From positions 35,796,855 to 35,860,854 of the forward strand of contig NC_090379.1 of assembly GCF_036365525.1 (NCBI RefSeq): a stretch of 64,000 nucleotides of DNA, in the 5' to 3' direction. Every line of letters begins with the position of its first letter. The first letter of the stretch is position 1. A program made the position numbers and the translations under genes. This stretch comes from Heterodontus francisci (lineage: Eukaryota). Below are positions 12,020 through 25,648 of this stretch, in pieces. The notes under the pieces are model-generated. The model ran no database searches. It was not told the origin of the DNA and worked only from the letters and a program-made list of their open reading frames with translations.

Positions 12020-14125
12020 TAGGTCATGTCCAACAATCAATTGAATTTTTTGATAAGCATCTAAAGTAGTAGACAGGGGAATGTCTATGGATGTAGTTCA
12101 TTTCGACTTCCAGGAGGCAGTTAGATTCCATATAACAGGCTGTAGCTAAAATGAAAGCTGAAGCAATTGAAGGCAAATTATTGACCTGGTGAGGAAATTG
12201 GTTAAGTGGTGGAAGACAGAGTGTAAGTGTGTAAGTGCTAATGGATATGTACCTGAATTGGAAGGAAGTGATTAGTACTGTCCCACAAGGAAGCTGGATC
12301 TTCAATTATTCCTTATATTTATGAATGACTTAGATAACACAGTAAAATGCTACATATCCAAGTTTGCTGATGACACAAAGATTGGTGGCATAGTAAGTAG
12401 TACAGACATAAGCGTAAAATTACAAAGAGACATTGGTAGATTAAATGAATGGGCAAAACCGTGGCATGGATTTCAACACAGATAAATGTGAGGTCATCCA
12501 TTTTGGACCAAAAAAGGATAGCTCGGAGTATTATTTAAATGGTGAAAAGCTAGGGACAGAGGATGGCTGAAGAGATTTAAGGGTCCATGTTTGCAAATTA
12601 AAATGGAGTAGACAGGTACAAAATTTTTTTAAAAAGGCTAATAGAATGTTCATCTTCGTAAATAGAGGGCTAGAATATAATGTTAGGACCAGGTGAGAAC
12701 GGTATCTAGGGGTCCCACTTAGCCTTCACCTGGTTTTATTGTAACAGAGTTTTGTTTTTAAACAGTGCTTTGAGCTCCCTCTTGGAAAGTGGTGAACAAG
12801 GATTCACCAATTATAAAGCAAAGAAATGAGCATAAACAGGCTTTCTTAGGCTTAAAGAAGAAAAGTGAAATTTTATTAAAACTTAAACTCTAATTTGGTT
12901 AACGCCAACGGATACACACCGCGCCCCACACTAGTATGCATATGCGATACACACATGCAAATAGGGACAGAAAAAATAATAATAAAATGGAGAAGTTGGA
13001 GGAGGTTTTTACTGTGCTTTGAGCTCTCTGTAGCCCTTGATTGTAGATGGTCTTTTCATCGTGGCCAAGTACTCTTCTTAAACCTTGTTCACTGTAGGAG
13101 ACTTTTCTCTCTTGGAGTTCATTTGTCTTCAATGGGTCTTCAACTCCATAAGAGACGGGAGCAGACAGGAGAGAGATTTTCTCAATCGAGGAGCAAACAG
13201 CTTTCTGAGTTTTAAAACCCTGTGGCAAGTTCAAATTCAAAAAACTCCAACAGTTAGTCATGTGACTAAACTGGGCTGATCATGACAATCTATTTGGCCA
13301 TTTTAGCAGTTAACATGGAATGCTAACCTCTCCACCTTCAACATCTGGTAATCAAAAGTCCATTGTGAATTAAATTAGAGCAGGGAGTGGCCCCTTTGTC
13401 CATTCCAAGTACTGTGTTACTATTGCAAATGTCTTTCCAGTCAGGGGCTTGGCAACCTCTTGTAATAACCTTTTTTTTCCAGCAGCAATTTTAAGTTTTA
13501 ATGTTCATGTGGCGAAATAACACGTGCCTCATTCTTGGCAGGTGGGGGCCTGCATGACAATAAAGAGGAGGGAGTTTTGCTAAAGCTATACAAAGCCCTG
13601 GTTATCCCACATCTGGGAATACTGTGTACAGTTCTGGGCTTGGCTTGAGAAGGAGTGCAGTGCAAACTGAACAGAACGCTACCAAGGCTCCAAGGGTTAG
13701 ATTACGATGAGAGATTGCATAAACCAGGCTTGTATTCCCTGGAGCATACAAGGTTAAGGGGTGATTTGATTGAGGTTTTTAGGATCTTGAGAGGAATTGA
13801 TAGGGTCGAGAGAGATAAACTTTTTCCGCTTGTAGGGGAGTCTAGGACAGGGGTCATAACCTTAAAAGCAGAGCAAGGCCATTCAGGAGAGAAGTTAAGA
13901 AACACTTCTTCACGCAAAAGGGTGGTAGAAGTGTTGAACTCTAACATAAAATGCAGTAGATACTAACTCAGCTAATAATTTTAAATCGAGATCAATAAAT
14001 GTTTGCTAGACAAAGTATAAAAGGATATAGAGCCAAGGCAGGTGGATGGAGTTAGGATAGAGCAGCCATGATCTCACTGAATGGCAGCAAGGGGCTGAAT
14101 GGCCTACTTCTGTTCCTATAATTTC
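12020..14125 (+). mobile_element. Decayed CR1 ORF2 interrupted by a solo LTR
   Basis: SKFADDTKIGG, KCEVIHFG before the LTR; RLRGDLIEVFRIL and 3' tail after it. Confidence 0.85.
12681..13559 (-). mobile_element. Gypsy-type solo LTR
   Basis: TG...CA ends, 4-bp TSD ATAA; homologous to 45676-46527 and 60322-61136. Confidence 0.88.
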
Positions 14126-14729
14126 AGGAATGGCACAAATCCAGAGCTTGATTCTAGTACCTAGATATGTTGAGATAGGACCTAGCTTTTATTCTACAGT
14201 GTTTGCTATCTATGATAGAAAATGTTGTCCCACACCTAGAAAAAGCTGGTCCACAAGCCTTTGGGACAGCTGAGTCTTCAGTGACTTAGACGTAGAGAAG
14301 ATTTTTCTACTGGTGGGGGAGTCCCATAACTAAGGATCATAAATATAAAATAGTCACCAAAAAATCCAATGCGAAATTCAGGAGAAACTTCATTATGCAG
14401 AGAATGATGAGAATGTGGAACTCTCTATCAGAAGGAATAATTATGCAAATAGCTTAGATGTATTTATGGGAAGACTAGATAAGCAGGAGGGAGAAAGGAA
14501 TAGAGGGATATGTTTATGGGGTTAGATAAAGTAGGGTGTGAGGAGCATAAACACCAGCAAAAAACAAGTTGGGCTAAATAGCTTTTGTGCCATAAAATTC
14601 TATTTAATTCCCATGCAATATAAATTTCATGCTAGTATAATATGTTGAACAACTGCTCTGACAAATATTTTTCAGCAACATGATGTTTGATGTCTATTTC
14701 TATAACTGAAGCTAACAGCTCGCCAAGAT

Positions 14730-15015
14730 CTCTGACTTCTTGTGCATCTCTGATTTCCATCGCTGTGCCATTGACAGCCGTGCCTTCAACTACCTAGGCT
14801 CAAAGCTCGGGTATTTCCTTCTTAAACCTCTGCCTCGGTACCATTCTCTCCTTTGAGAGGCTCCTTAAAATTTACCTCCTTGAGCAAGCTTTTTGTCACC
14901 GGTCCTAATATTTGTTTATGTGGTTCAATGTCAAATTTTGTTTGAATACACTCCTGTGAAGAGCCTTGGGACATTTTACTATGTTAAGAGCACTGTATAA
15001 ATGTAAGTTGCTGTT
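14730..15015 (+). mobile_element. L2-like LINE 3' end
   Basis: Tail TGTGAAG..CCTTGGGAC...TATAAATGTAAGTTG, shared with 17880-18455 and 53225-53525. Confidence 0.6.
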
Positions 15016-15991
15016 GAATACTTTTAATTTATTGGGCACACACAGTATAGTAAATCCATTCTCACCAGGATTTTTAAGTTGGAAATACATGGGTCCATCA
15101 GTATATGAAAACAGAAAGACAAGTTGTTTTTTTTCCAGAAAAGACCTTCATCAGAACTGGATAGAATAATTTATTTGGTGTAGAGAAGGTTGGGTGAGTC
15201 AGATATAGCAGAGCCAAATCTGTTCTAAAATACATACTAAATTCCAGTTGAAGTGGTTGCTGTAGAAGCTGCACCCACTGCCAACCTCCCTCTCCATCTA
15301 CAAGTGGAGGCTGTAGAAAAATGACAAGACAAAGAGAGCTAGGTTTAGGCTAGAATTTCACCAGAATTAACTGAAGTCTGTGAAAAAGGGGAATCCACTA
15401 CCTGCAAGCGTTCTCAAACCAGGGAGTGACTGAGGCCACTGGTTCTGACTGTCCATAATCCTTTTTTGGAATATCGGCTTTGACTAATTTTTCTCCTGTG
15501 CTGTTTAAATCAGTTTTGCAAGCTATCTTTCAGAAGTTTCAGGCAGGGAAACTTTTTCTTCCCACCTTTCTGACATGGAGCCCTTACCATGGGCTCATTC
15601 TGCACTTTCCTGTATATCTCATGATGGAGGAAGAGGAAATGAGAAAGGCATACATGGCAAAGCTACACCAATGGAGAACAACTAAATGTCTCCCTTCCAC
15701 CAGAACCTGCAGACCACACAGCTCCATCCAGAATGTCTCAGAAGGGGTGTGCTTAAGGAAGCAGCAGGAAAGGCAGGGGAATGGGACTAGGTGAGTTGCT
15801 CTTGCAGAGAGTCAGCACTCAAGCAAGGCCAAATGGCCTCCTTCTGTGCTGTAACCATTCTATGATTTCTGATATGTAAGGAGCCAGAAAAGGATATCTG
15901 TCCCACTGTAAACTGACCTCCAACCATCTTCTCAAAAATATAGAGCAAACTTTCGAGCAATGAATTTCATATCACAAAGTGGTTTTACACA

Positions 15992-16328
15992 AAGGGAGCT
16001 TTACTCTGTATCTAACCCCCCTGTTTTTTTTTTTTTTGTTTTTTTTTCTTTCTTTTTTTTTTAAATAAACAAAACTCAAATTAAAATGCCATTCTCGGCC
16101 CGGGCTGTACCTGTCCTGGGAGTGTTTGATGGGGACGTTTGATGGGGACAGTGTAGAGGGAGCTTTACTCTGTATCTAACCCCCCCGTGCTGTACCTGTC
16201 CTGGGAGTGTTTGATGGGGACAGTGTAGAGGGAGCTTTCCTCTGTATCTAACCCTGTGCTGTACCTGTCCTGGGGAGTGTTTGATGGGTGACAGTGTGGA
16301 GGGAGCTTTACTCTGTATCTAACCCCTG
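15992..16328. repeat. ~69-bp minisatellite interrupted by a poly(T)-led insert
   Basis: About 4 units of GGGAGCTTTACTCTGTATCTAACCCCGTGCTGTACCTGTCCTGGGAGTGTTTGATGGGGACAGTGTAGA. Confidence 0.9.
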
Positions 16329-16924
16329 TATCAGTTAGTGATAATCAGCATGTTTTGACTAACCCAAGAATTTTTTTCACCCACCCTCCACACAGGAATC
16401 AGAAATGGATCCTAACTGGAGTTATATTGTCACCTTTGCATTGCTGTGAAGTGGCAACCACTTTGCAGTAACACAAAAGTGGCAAAACAACTGTTGGTTC
16501 TGCTCGACTAAACACAAAATTATTGCACCTAAATTTATCCTTCTACATACCTTGCCACACTATGTGTAGGAGTATTGCACTGAATAGCATTACAGCATTC
16601 AAAGGCATGTCACATCTGTTTAAATACCAACACTAATAAAACACAAAGAGACAAAGAACAGAAATCACAAACACATTAAATCATTTGGAAGCTAATCACA
16701 ATTGCCATTATTTTAGAGAATGATTAAGAATCCAGATACACTCTTATGCATACACACACACAATGCTCAATTCTATATGCTTCAGCAAAGATGTACATTA
16801 TAGGCGACCTCTTATTCCTATTTAAAAATACAAGTAATGCTATTAGGTATAATGGCATATAGCAGGAAAATATTTCTTTAAAATATCAGAAGATGTAGTA
16901 AATGAGATTTTTAAAGCAACAATA

Positions 16925-17253
16925 TTTTTTATTTTTATTTATTTAGAGATACATCACTGAAACAGGCCCTTCGGCCCACCGAGTCTGTGCTGACCAACAA
17001 CCACCCATTTATACTAATCCTACATTAACCCCATATTCTTACCACATCCCCACCACCTACCTACACTAGGGGCAATTTACAACGGCCAATTTACCTATCA
17101 ACCTGCAAGTCTTTGGCTGTGGGAGGAAACCGGAGCACCCGGCGGAAACCCACGCAGACACGGGGAGAACTTGCAAATTCCGCACAGGTAGTACCCAGAA
17201 CTGAACCCGGGTCGCTGGAGCTGTGAGGCTGCAGTGCTAACCACTGCGCCGCC
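16925..17253 (-). mobile_element. V-SINE (HE1-like)
   Basis: Same structure as 2945-3287. Confidence 0.9.
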
Positions 17254-17879
17254 CATATCTATTGTAACAATTTGCATGTTACATGAGGTGCAGCAAAGGG
17301 GCTGGAGATCTGTGCTGATTAAGTTCCTCTAATATATAGAAAGACATTGAAATATATCACTGTTCCTTCATTGTCACTGGGTCAAAATCGTAGAAGCCCC
17401 TACCTAACAGCACAATCAAACAGATTACAGCAGTTCAAGGCGGCTGCTCACCACCATCTTCTTGAGGGCAATTAGGGATGGGTAATTGCCAGTGACTCCC
17501 ACATCCTATGATATGATGTCTCCATGGCCACAAATCACCAAAAGGTGAACTGCTGAATGGTAAATTCAGCCACAGGGAAGGCATGTGTTAGCTCAATGGC
17601 AAGATCAATGCAAGAGTCAACCCAGTATCCTCATGAATGCTGCTTCATGATTAGTTAAGGAATTTTATTACCAAAGGTACTAAAAGGTTTGTTACCATGC
17701 CATTTAACTACAATGACTTACTGAATAAACAGTAAATAGCAAACCATTATTAAAGTGTTTTCTGTGATGTACTGGAACAGCACCAGAATAATTACTCAGG
17801 TTTCGCTGTACTGTTCACAACCTCAGTGTCCTATTTTATCCAGAGCTGAATTTCTATCCTTATATCCACTCCATTACAA

Positions 17880-18455
17880 AGACCACTGACTTACACCTCT
17901 AACATTGCCCACTTCCACACCTACTTCAGCCTGTTACTGCAACCCTCATCCTTGCCTTTGTTTCTTGGCTCAACGATTCCTATACTTTTTTGGCCAGCCT
18001 CTCATCCAGTTCACCCAAAATCTCACTGCCCATATTTTATACTGCACCAAGTCCCACTCACCCATCACCTCTGTCCTCACTGGACTTCTTTGGGTCATGG
18101 TCACCCAGTGTCTCAAATTTAAAATTCTCATCCACATTTAATTTTTATTGATAGCCTCATCCCTTCATACCTCAGTAACCACCTTCTACTCCAGAATCAA
18201 TCCCTCCCCAAATTCTCCATTTATCTGACTCTGGCCCCTTTTGCTTCCTTTACCATTTGTAGATGCACCTTCAGTGTCTAAACCTACACTCAGCAATTCC
18301 CACTCTCAATCCCTCTGTTTCTCCATCTCCCTCTCTTCCTTTAAACCCACCTCTTTGACTAAGCTTTAGGTCATTCTGCTTTGGCCCAGTGTCCATTTTT
18401 GGCTCTGTAAAGCACATTAGGGCATGCTAAAGATGCTATATAAATGCAAGTCATC
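17880..18455 (+). mobile_element. Decayed L2-like LINE fragment
   Basis: TKSHSPITSVLTGLLW...FKILI remnants and an L2-type tail. Confidence 0.6.
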
Positions 18456-20735
18456 ATTGCCTTACTTAAGACAGACCTCCATGTTTATGCCAGGAACAAG
18501 AGCTACTACAGGTGCACCTCAACCTTCTGCATTAACCCATAATAGTCTGCACAGAATAGCAGCAGCTCAACTGTACAGTTATCACCCACACGGTGCTGTC
18601 ACCTGAAATACTGTCCTTTGTCAACTGAAAATCTTAATGCAAGTTTAACCATCACTTGTTGCTCTAGTAGTCCTGGTGCATTCATTAAGCTATGGATATC
18701 CTCCAATATCCTAGTACAATTGTTCCAAATCTTTGCGCTTCCAGCAACCAATAGGGCCAAATTTAAAAGGCACCTGGTTTTGCTTCTGTGATCACCGACT
18801 GCACCTAGTTGTACCACTCAATATATAAATACACCAATTGAAAGTGGTTAAGGAAGATTACTTTATTAAATGCTGCTGGAAGAGGCAGAGGAAAATAGTT
18901 AAAAACTAAAATCCTATATGCTACAACATTCTCATTCAACTGCAAAAAAATCTTAGATAATTTAGGTTACAACATATAAAAAGATCAACTTTGTAAAAAA
19001 AGTACCTTGTCGGATCATCACAAAACTAATCTGTAAATGCTGCAAATGTAAACATTTTCAGAAATTCAAACTTAAGGAGGCAGTCAAAATTGTGCATTGA
19101 AATATTTGATAGTATAGGAATAGCAGGGACTAGAGTGAATTAGAACAGGATTAGGGTTTGAATCCAGAGCAAACAGATGGGATGGACAGCTCTGGTAACA
19201 GCAAAATTCTACAGCAGTCTCCATTCACTTCTCATTAAGCAGGAAAACACAGCACAATAACTACTTTAGTTCTGCACCAATAGTCAATCTAACTCAAAAA
19301 AGTTGGATTTAGGAAGAAAAATATCACACTAGCACTGTTGAAGATGCTCTTCCGACGCAGAGGTTGTTGCAGCATAGAACAGGGAGTTTTACTCTGCATC
19401 TGATTGTATGATAGTGTCTGATTAAGTGTCTTTAAGTGTCTGATGCGTTCAAAAGGAAAGTTCTATTTTTCCTAACCCACTATCTCTAACCTGATGGATA
19501 TAATTCCATCCAACAAAAGTTCAAGAGGCTGTTAGCTTTTTTTAAAAAAAAGTCATGCATTCTGCTGATTTTATTAAAAGATGGCCATTCAATTTTGCTT
19601 CAGTCTCAAAAGTTTTACCACTTTGTGTGTTCCTTCTGTAGCACTTACAGCCACTAGAACCGGAAGGAAAATGAATTCTGTTGCAACATATAATTTCAAG
19701 TGAATTATTTACATTTTTCTTCAAGAGGTCAGTGCTAATTGCACTGACAAGAATACATCTCAGAAAGGTCTAAGTTTGACTTGTGGTCAGCCTTGAGTTG
19801 CCATTTCTGTGTCAGGGCAGTCCTATGGGGAGGTTGCTAATAAGTAGCCTTTGAACACAAAGCCAAGTTTCCCAACACTAATCATAACACAAGCAACTAC
19901 ATTTTGTAAGTAAGTATATGAATGTCAAGTGAGGATAGGATGGGCAATGACCTCTCACAATTATCTGCCAATACTCACTTTTCAGCATCGCATCTGAAAG
20001 ATTACTTTAGCTAAATGACAGAGGACCACCACCAAACATGGAGCTGAAACCTAGGTGGAGAAGTGGGGATAGTGGAAACATGGCAAGACAAGCCACGTGT
20101 CTATCACTGTTAAAGACGCATTACAATCATGGCAACAGCTGCTCTCTGCAAAGACATCTAGCACAATTATTTTTTTTTTTAAACAAGTAATAAAAGTACA
20201 GTGGAATACAGTAGCAAATGGGTTGCAACAGCATTGGAAAATGTGTGCCATTTACATTATCTCAATATTACCAGCTCATCATGCAGCCCAATAACTACAG
20301 ATTCAGTAGGTATAAATGTGCAATATTAATCTGAATTTTGACTAAAGCGATTGAAAATCAACATTTTGCATCACATATCTCATAATGACACACTGACTCC
20401 TACATAGCAAATTGTATGAAGGGGCTAGTACTTAGAAGAGGGATGTCATTTAAAAAATATTAAGCTGCTGATACTGATAATTTTTTTTTAAAATGTATGT
20501 CAGTGAGCTAGCCCACCTGCATGTGTTGAGGGTTAACTATAAGAGGTGGTAATACAGCTGAGCACAGCACTGTATGCAAAGGGTGGAACAACACTAAAGT
20601 GAGCAAAGATACAGGACTAAAAAGTGACCCTGTAGGGTCAGCTAGAATGACATTTTAGTTTTGATTTTGAAGTATCAGCTTGGAGACACTGGCTTGAAAC
20701 ACACTAAAAACAAAGTTACACACATCCAAAATAGA

Positions 20736-21532
20736 GGGCAGGATTATCCTGCAGGCTTCGGGACCCCAACGTTGGAACCAAATGGGTGTCCTCGAACCTG
20801 CAACTACTGTGAGTCAGACTGGGGGGTGGGGAGAGTTCCTTTCCAGGAGGTGGCATCCTAATTGGCTGCCTGGGGGGAGTTCCTTTCCAGGAGGTGGCAT
20901 CCTAATTGGCTGCCTGGGGGGAGTTCCTTTCCAGGAGGTGGCATCCTAATTGGCTGCCTCTGCACTCACTATCCTATTAAGGACGACAGGTGGGCTCTCG
21001 ATGCCACCGGCCCAATAACAGATCTAGAGCCTCGGTAGCCCCAAGAGAGATGGGCACTGCTTTGACAGGTAGGAGAACGTGGGGGTGCTTCAAAATAGAG
21101 GCGCCCTTGGAGAAGTAAAACAAATTAATTTTTTTTTGGGAGGGGTAAGGCGGCAGGCTCCGGGGAATGGAAGGGAAAGCACCTCCGGGGGGGGTGAAGG
21201 GGGGAGGATCATTGGGGCCATGAGGTGGCCTTTCCTTTCTGCAGCCCTGTCAATGACTCACTCATGTTGCTGCATGGAGGCCGCCTCCATTAAGCTGCAG
21301 CCTCCCAACGTGGCAGGGGGCTGTTCTGTCACCAGCAAATGATGGCAGGCCCTCCAGATCACCACTAATTGGGGGTTTAAATATTTAAAAAGACAGCCTG
21401 CCTCCACTCAGTAGGTGGCCAATCTGCATCCCAGCCCACCCCTGGGAAACTCTTCCCCAGCTGTGTGGAACATGTGGGGAAATGCACCCCCAGATCCAAG
21501 CCCCCCACCCCAGGACTGGGAAAATTCAGCCC
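20736..21532. mobile_element. Non-autonomous DNA transposon, PIF/Harbinger-like
   Basis: TIRs GGGCAGGATTATCC / GGAAAATTCAGCCC, 3-bp TSD AGA. Confidence 0.65.
20833..20959. repeat. 3 x 44-bp tandem repeat
   Basis: GAGTTCCTTTCCAGGAGGTGGCATCCTAATTGGCTGCCTGGGGG starting at 20833, 20877 and 20921. Confidence 0.95.
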
Positions 21533-21989
21533 AGAGTTTCTAAAAGCCTTGTATTAACCAGCTAGTAGAAATGCATTGATACGTATAATACTACAGAAAC
21601 AGAAAAATAGAAATAACACTTTCCCAAAAGGTTAAAAGAGTATGCCAATCATACTCTTCTTATATTTAATACTGAACAGAAACAATGCACAACATACAGG
21701 GCTTATAAACAAATAAAGCACCTTTTTACAACTCAAAACTTGAACACAATTCAAGGCTTGTTGCCAAATGCCAACAGCGTTCAGAACCAGAAAACAAATG
21801 GAAATGGTATTTATCCATTTTCACCAAAGAAAAAGCGTAGCATTTTAATGTGCATTACTGAATCAGACAATCACTGTTTGCAGGCTTGGTGCTATGATCC
21901 ATTTGGTTTTACAGAGGTTAGCTTTGCTTTTGGCCACACCACTGGAACTGCAGAGATTACTTGTAGGAGGTCATTCTTCTACATCCATT

Positions 21990-22027
21990 TCAACGCTGTT
22001 GTCGTCTCCTTTTGGACGGTGGAGAAT
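21990..22027 (-). CDS. SNAPC1: SNAPC1 last coding exon
   Basis: ttctgtttgcag| then phase-1 (D)SPPSKRRRQQR*, resembling the human C-terminal SKKRRKH*. Confidence 0.8.
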
Positions 22028-22115
22028 CTGCAAACAGAACATAAAGCACCTGTGATCCAGCTAGAACAAATAATCTACTTAAATGCTATCAATTGACAGG
22101 TTGACTTCTATGTCT

Positions 22116-22720
22116 AAGTTTAGTTTGGTTTAGAGATACAGCACTGAAACAGGCCCTTCGGCCCGAGTCTGTGCCGACTATCAACCACCCATTTATACTA
22201 ATTCTACACTAATCTCATATTCCTACCACATCCCCACCTGCCGACTTAGTAGTTGGCAGGAAAAAAGACAGAGGTGCAAGGGGAGAGCCAACTGTGCAAC
22301 AGCCCCGACAAACAAATTTCTCTGCAGCACCTGTGGAAGAGCCCGTCACTCTAGAATTGGCCTTTATAGCCACTCCAGGCGCTGCTTCACAAACCACTGA
22401 CTGCCTCCAGGCGCGTATCCATTGTCTCTCGAGATAAGGAGGCCCAAAAGAAAAGAAAAAGAAGACACTAATCTCGTATTCCTACCACATCCCCACCTGT
22501 CCCTATATTTCCCTACCACCTACCTATACTAGGGGCAATTGCTAATGGCCAATTTACCTATCAACCTGCAAGTCTTTGGCATGTGGGAGGAAACCGGAGC
22601 ACCCGGAGGAAACCCACGCAGACACAGGGAGAACTTGCAAACTCCACACAGGCAGTACCCAAAATTGAACCCGGGTCGCTGGAGCTGTGAGGCTGCAGTG
22701 CTAACCACTGCGCCACTGTG
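22116..22720 (-). mobile_element. V-SINE carrying a nested RTE 3' fragment (22241-22464, + strand)
   Basis: SINE halves flank an RTE 3' end; 35-bp target duplication at 22206-22240 / 22465-22499. Confidence 0.88.
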
Positions 22721-23219
22721 CTTATTGCAGTGAAAACCATAAAAAGCTTATTTCCTAAATAAATAATCTCAGCAGTGACCTAACAATGTGTGCAGTCCTC
22801 CAGAATTGGATTTTCAGTACATAAACCCAAAATCACACATCCCTGAACAATTGTCATTGTGTGGGAAATAAACAAGTATATTTTTAGGGTTTCTGAACTC
22901 AAATTGAGGTGAACGTGTTGTAAGGTTAAAACAGAAGCCAATAAATGAAGAGCAGGTAACTGTCATTAAGGATACAGCAGCTAACCGACTGAAAAGAGCA
23001 GCACAATGGAGCACCAAGAATGGGGAAAGACAGACCCATCTGCTCACACACATCTTTTGGTAACTGGTGTCACAGCGGTGATCTGGGAGCAGATTTGCAG
23101 ACTCTTTCAGCCAGGGATGGTAGGTAACTGAGATGGAGCAAACAAAACATACATGCCACATGTCCATATTTCCATGCTGAGCTATCTTGTATCCAGTACT
23201 AAACCAAGTATCAATGAAG

Positions 23220-23620
23220 TGCCACTTTGGCTCAGAAGGTTATGGATTCCATCAGAGACTTGGGCACTTAATCCAGGTTAACACTGCAGTGCAGTACTGA
23301 AGGAATGCGGCACTGTCGGAGGTGCCATCTTTCAGATGAGACGTAATACTGAGGCCCTGTCTGCCTCTCAGATAGATGTAAAAGATCACATGGCGCTACT
23401 CAAAGAGCAGTGAATTCCCCCTAGTGTTCGGGTCAAAATTTATTTCTCAACCAACATAAAGGGGAAAAAAAAAGAGATGATCCAGTCATTGCTGTTTGTG
23501 GGACCTCGCTGTGAAAAACTGGCTGCCATATTTCCCTATATTACAACAGTGGCTACACTTCAAAAATATTTCCTTGGCTGTGAAGTACTTTGGCATCTGA
23601 TGTCGTGAATGGTACTTAAC
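23220..23620 (+). mobile_element. Deu-domain SINE (SacSINE1/AmnSINE1-like)
   Basis: GTGCAGTACTGA...GCACTGTCGGAGGTGCC.TCTTTC.GATGAGACG...GATGTAAAAGATC.CATGGC matches the recalled Deu core; L2-like tail. Confidence 0.75.
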
Positions 23621-23792
23621 AGTCAAGTCTATTTTTTTTTTATTTGACAAGGAACAGCTCTGTAAACTACTGTATTGTTTTTGCTACTGCTTATTTGCTA
23701 CTTTCAATAAACCTGCTCCATGGTTTATAGCTTAAGTCACTATCTGGTTGAATATTTATTCAGACACTTTCCAAGATTCAGAAGGTTCGCGA

Positions 23793-25408
23793 GAACAAAG
23801 AACAAAGATAATTACAGCACAGGAACAGGCCCTTCGGCCCTCCAAGCCTGCGCCGATCCAGATCCTCTCTCTAAACATGTCGCCTATTTTCTAAGGTTCT
23901 GTATCTCTTTTCTTCCTGCCCATTCATGTATCTGTCTAGATACATCTTAAAAGACTCCATCGTGCCCGCATCTACCACCTCCGCTGGCAATGCGTTCCAG
24001 GTGCCCACCACCCTCTGCGTAAAGAACTTTCCACGCATATCCCCCCGAAACTTTTCCCCTTTCACTTTGAACTCGTGTCCTCTAGTAATTGAAACCCCCA
24101 CTCTGGGAAAAAGCCTCTTGCTATCCACCCTGTCTGTACCTCTCATGATTTTGTACACCTCAATCAGGTCCCCCCTCAACCTCCGTCTTTCTAATGAAAA
24201 TAATCCTAATCTGCTCAACCTCTCTTCATAGCTAGCGCCCTCCATACCAGGCAACATCCTGGTGAACCTCCTCTGCACCCTCTCCAAAGCATCCACATCC
24301 TTTTGATAATGTGGCGACCAGAACTGTACGCAGTATTCCAAATGTGGCCGAACCAAAGTCCTATACAACTGTAACATGACCTGCCAACTCTTGTACTCAA
24401 TGCCCCGTCCGATGAAGGAAAGCATGCCGTATGCCTTCTTGACCACTCTATTTACCTGCGTTGCCACCTTCAGGGAACAGTGGACCTGAACACCCAAATC
24501 TCTCTGGACATCAATTTTCCCCAGGACTTTTCCATTTACTGTATAGTTCACTCTTGAATTGGATCTTCCAAAATGCATCACCTCGCATTTGCCCTGATTG
24601 AACTCCATCTGCCATTTCTCTGCCCAACTCTCCAATCTATCTATATTCTGCTGTATTCTCGGACAGTCCCCTTCACTATCTGCTACTCCACCAATCTTAG
24701 TGTCGTCTGCAAATTTGCTAATCAGTCCACCTATACTTTCCTCCAAATCATTAATGTATATCACAAACAACAGTGGTCCCAGCACGGATCCCTGTGGAAC
24801 ACCACTGGTCACACGTCTCCATTTTGAGAAACTCCCTTCTACTGCTACTCTCTGTCTCCTGTTGCCCAGCCAGTTCTTTATCCATCTAGCTAGTACACCT
24901 TGGACCCCAAGCGCCTTCACTTTCTCCATCAGCCTGCCATGGGGAACCTTATCAAACGCCTTACTGAAGTCCATGCATATGACATCTACAGCCCTTCCCT
25001 CATCAATCAACTTTGTCACTTCCTCAAAGAATTCTATTAAGTTGGTAAGACATGACCTTCCCTGCACAAAACCATGTTGCCTATCACTGATGAGCCCATT
25101 TTCTTCCAAATGGGAATAGATCCTATCCCTCAGTATCTTCTCCAGCAGCTTCCCTACCACTGACGTCAGGCTCACCGGTCTATAATTACCTGGATTATCC
25201 CTGCTACCCTTCTTAAACAAGGGGACAACATTAGCAATTCTCCAGTCCTCCGGGACCTCACCCGTGTTTAAGGATGCTGCAAAGATATCTGTTAAGGCCC
25301 CAGCTATTTCCTCTCTCGCTTCCCTCAGTAACCTGGGATAGATCCCATCCGGACCTGGGGACTTGTCCACCTTAATGCCCTTTAGAATACCCAACACTTC
25401 CTCCCTCA
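23793..25408 (-). mobile_element. Young 5'-truncated CR1 LINE with uninterrupted 508-aa RT region
   Basis: ORF 23871-25397: KSPGPDGI, NYRPVSLTS, QHGF, DFSKAFDKV, GVPQGSVLGP, KFADDTK; (TTTGTTC)n tail. Confidence 0.96.
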
Positions 25409-25648
25409 GGACATATTCCGCACGCTAAATCCAGTTCCAAGAATGTCTATTCAACCCTTAAGCGTGGTATATCACCAGATATCGGGCATAAAAACACACA
25501 GCGGCTCCCAGAAAGCCAGGACTCTCTGGTGCTGAATATGAGAGAAATTGCTGAAGAAGAGCCTAAGAAATAATTCTTTTTTTGGTGGGGTGGGAGAAGA
25601 AAAGGAACATGAAAGTGGGGAAGAATGGTGAATACATAACAACGATAC

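Noticed and set aside
20833-20959. CRISPR-like array (also considered for 15992-16328)
   Set aside because: Head-to-tail repeats with no unique spacers, no cas genes, vertebrate context.
21971-22027. Alternative phase-0 reading of the last SNAPC1 exon (ILHRPKGDDNSVEMDVEE*)
   Set aside because: Needs a weak CAA|gtacat donor and lacks the basic C-terminus seen in human; not fully excluded without RNA data.
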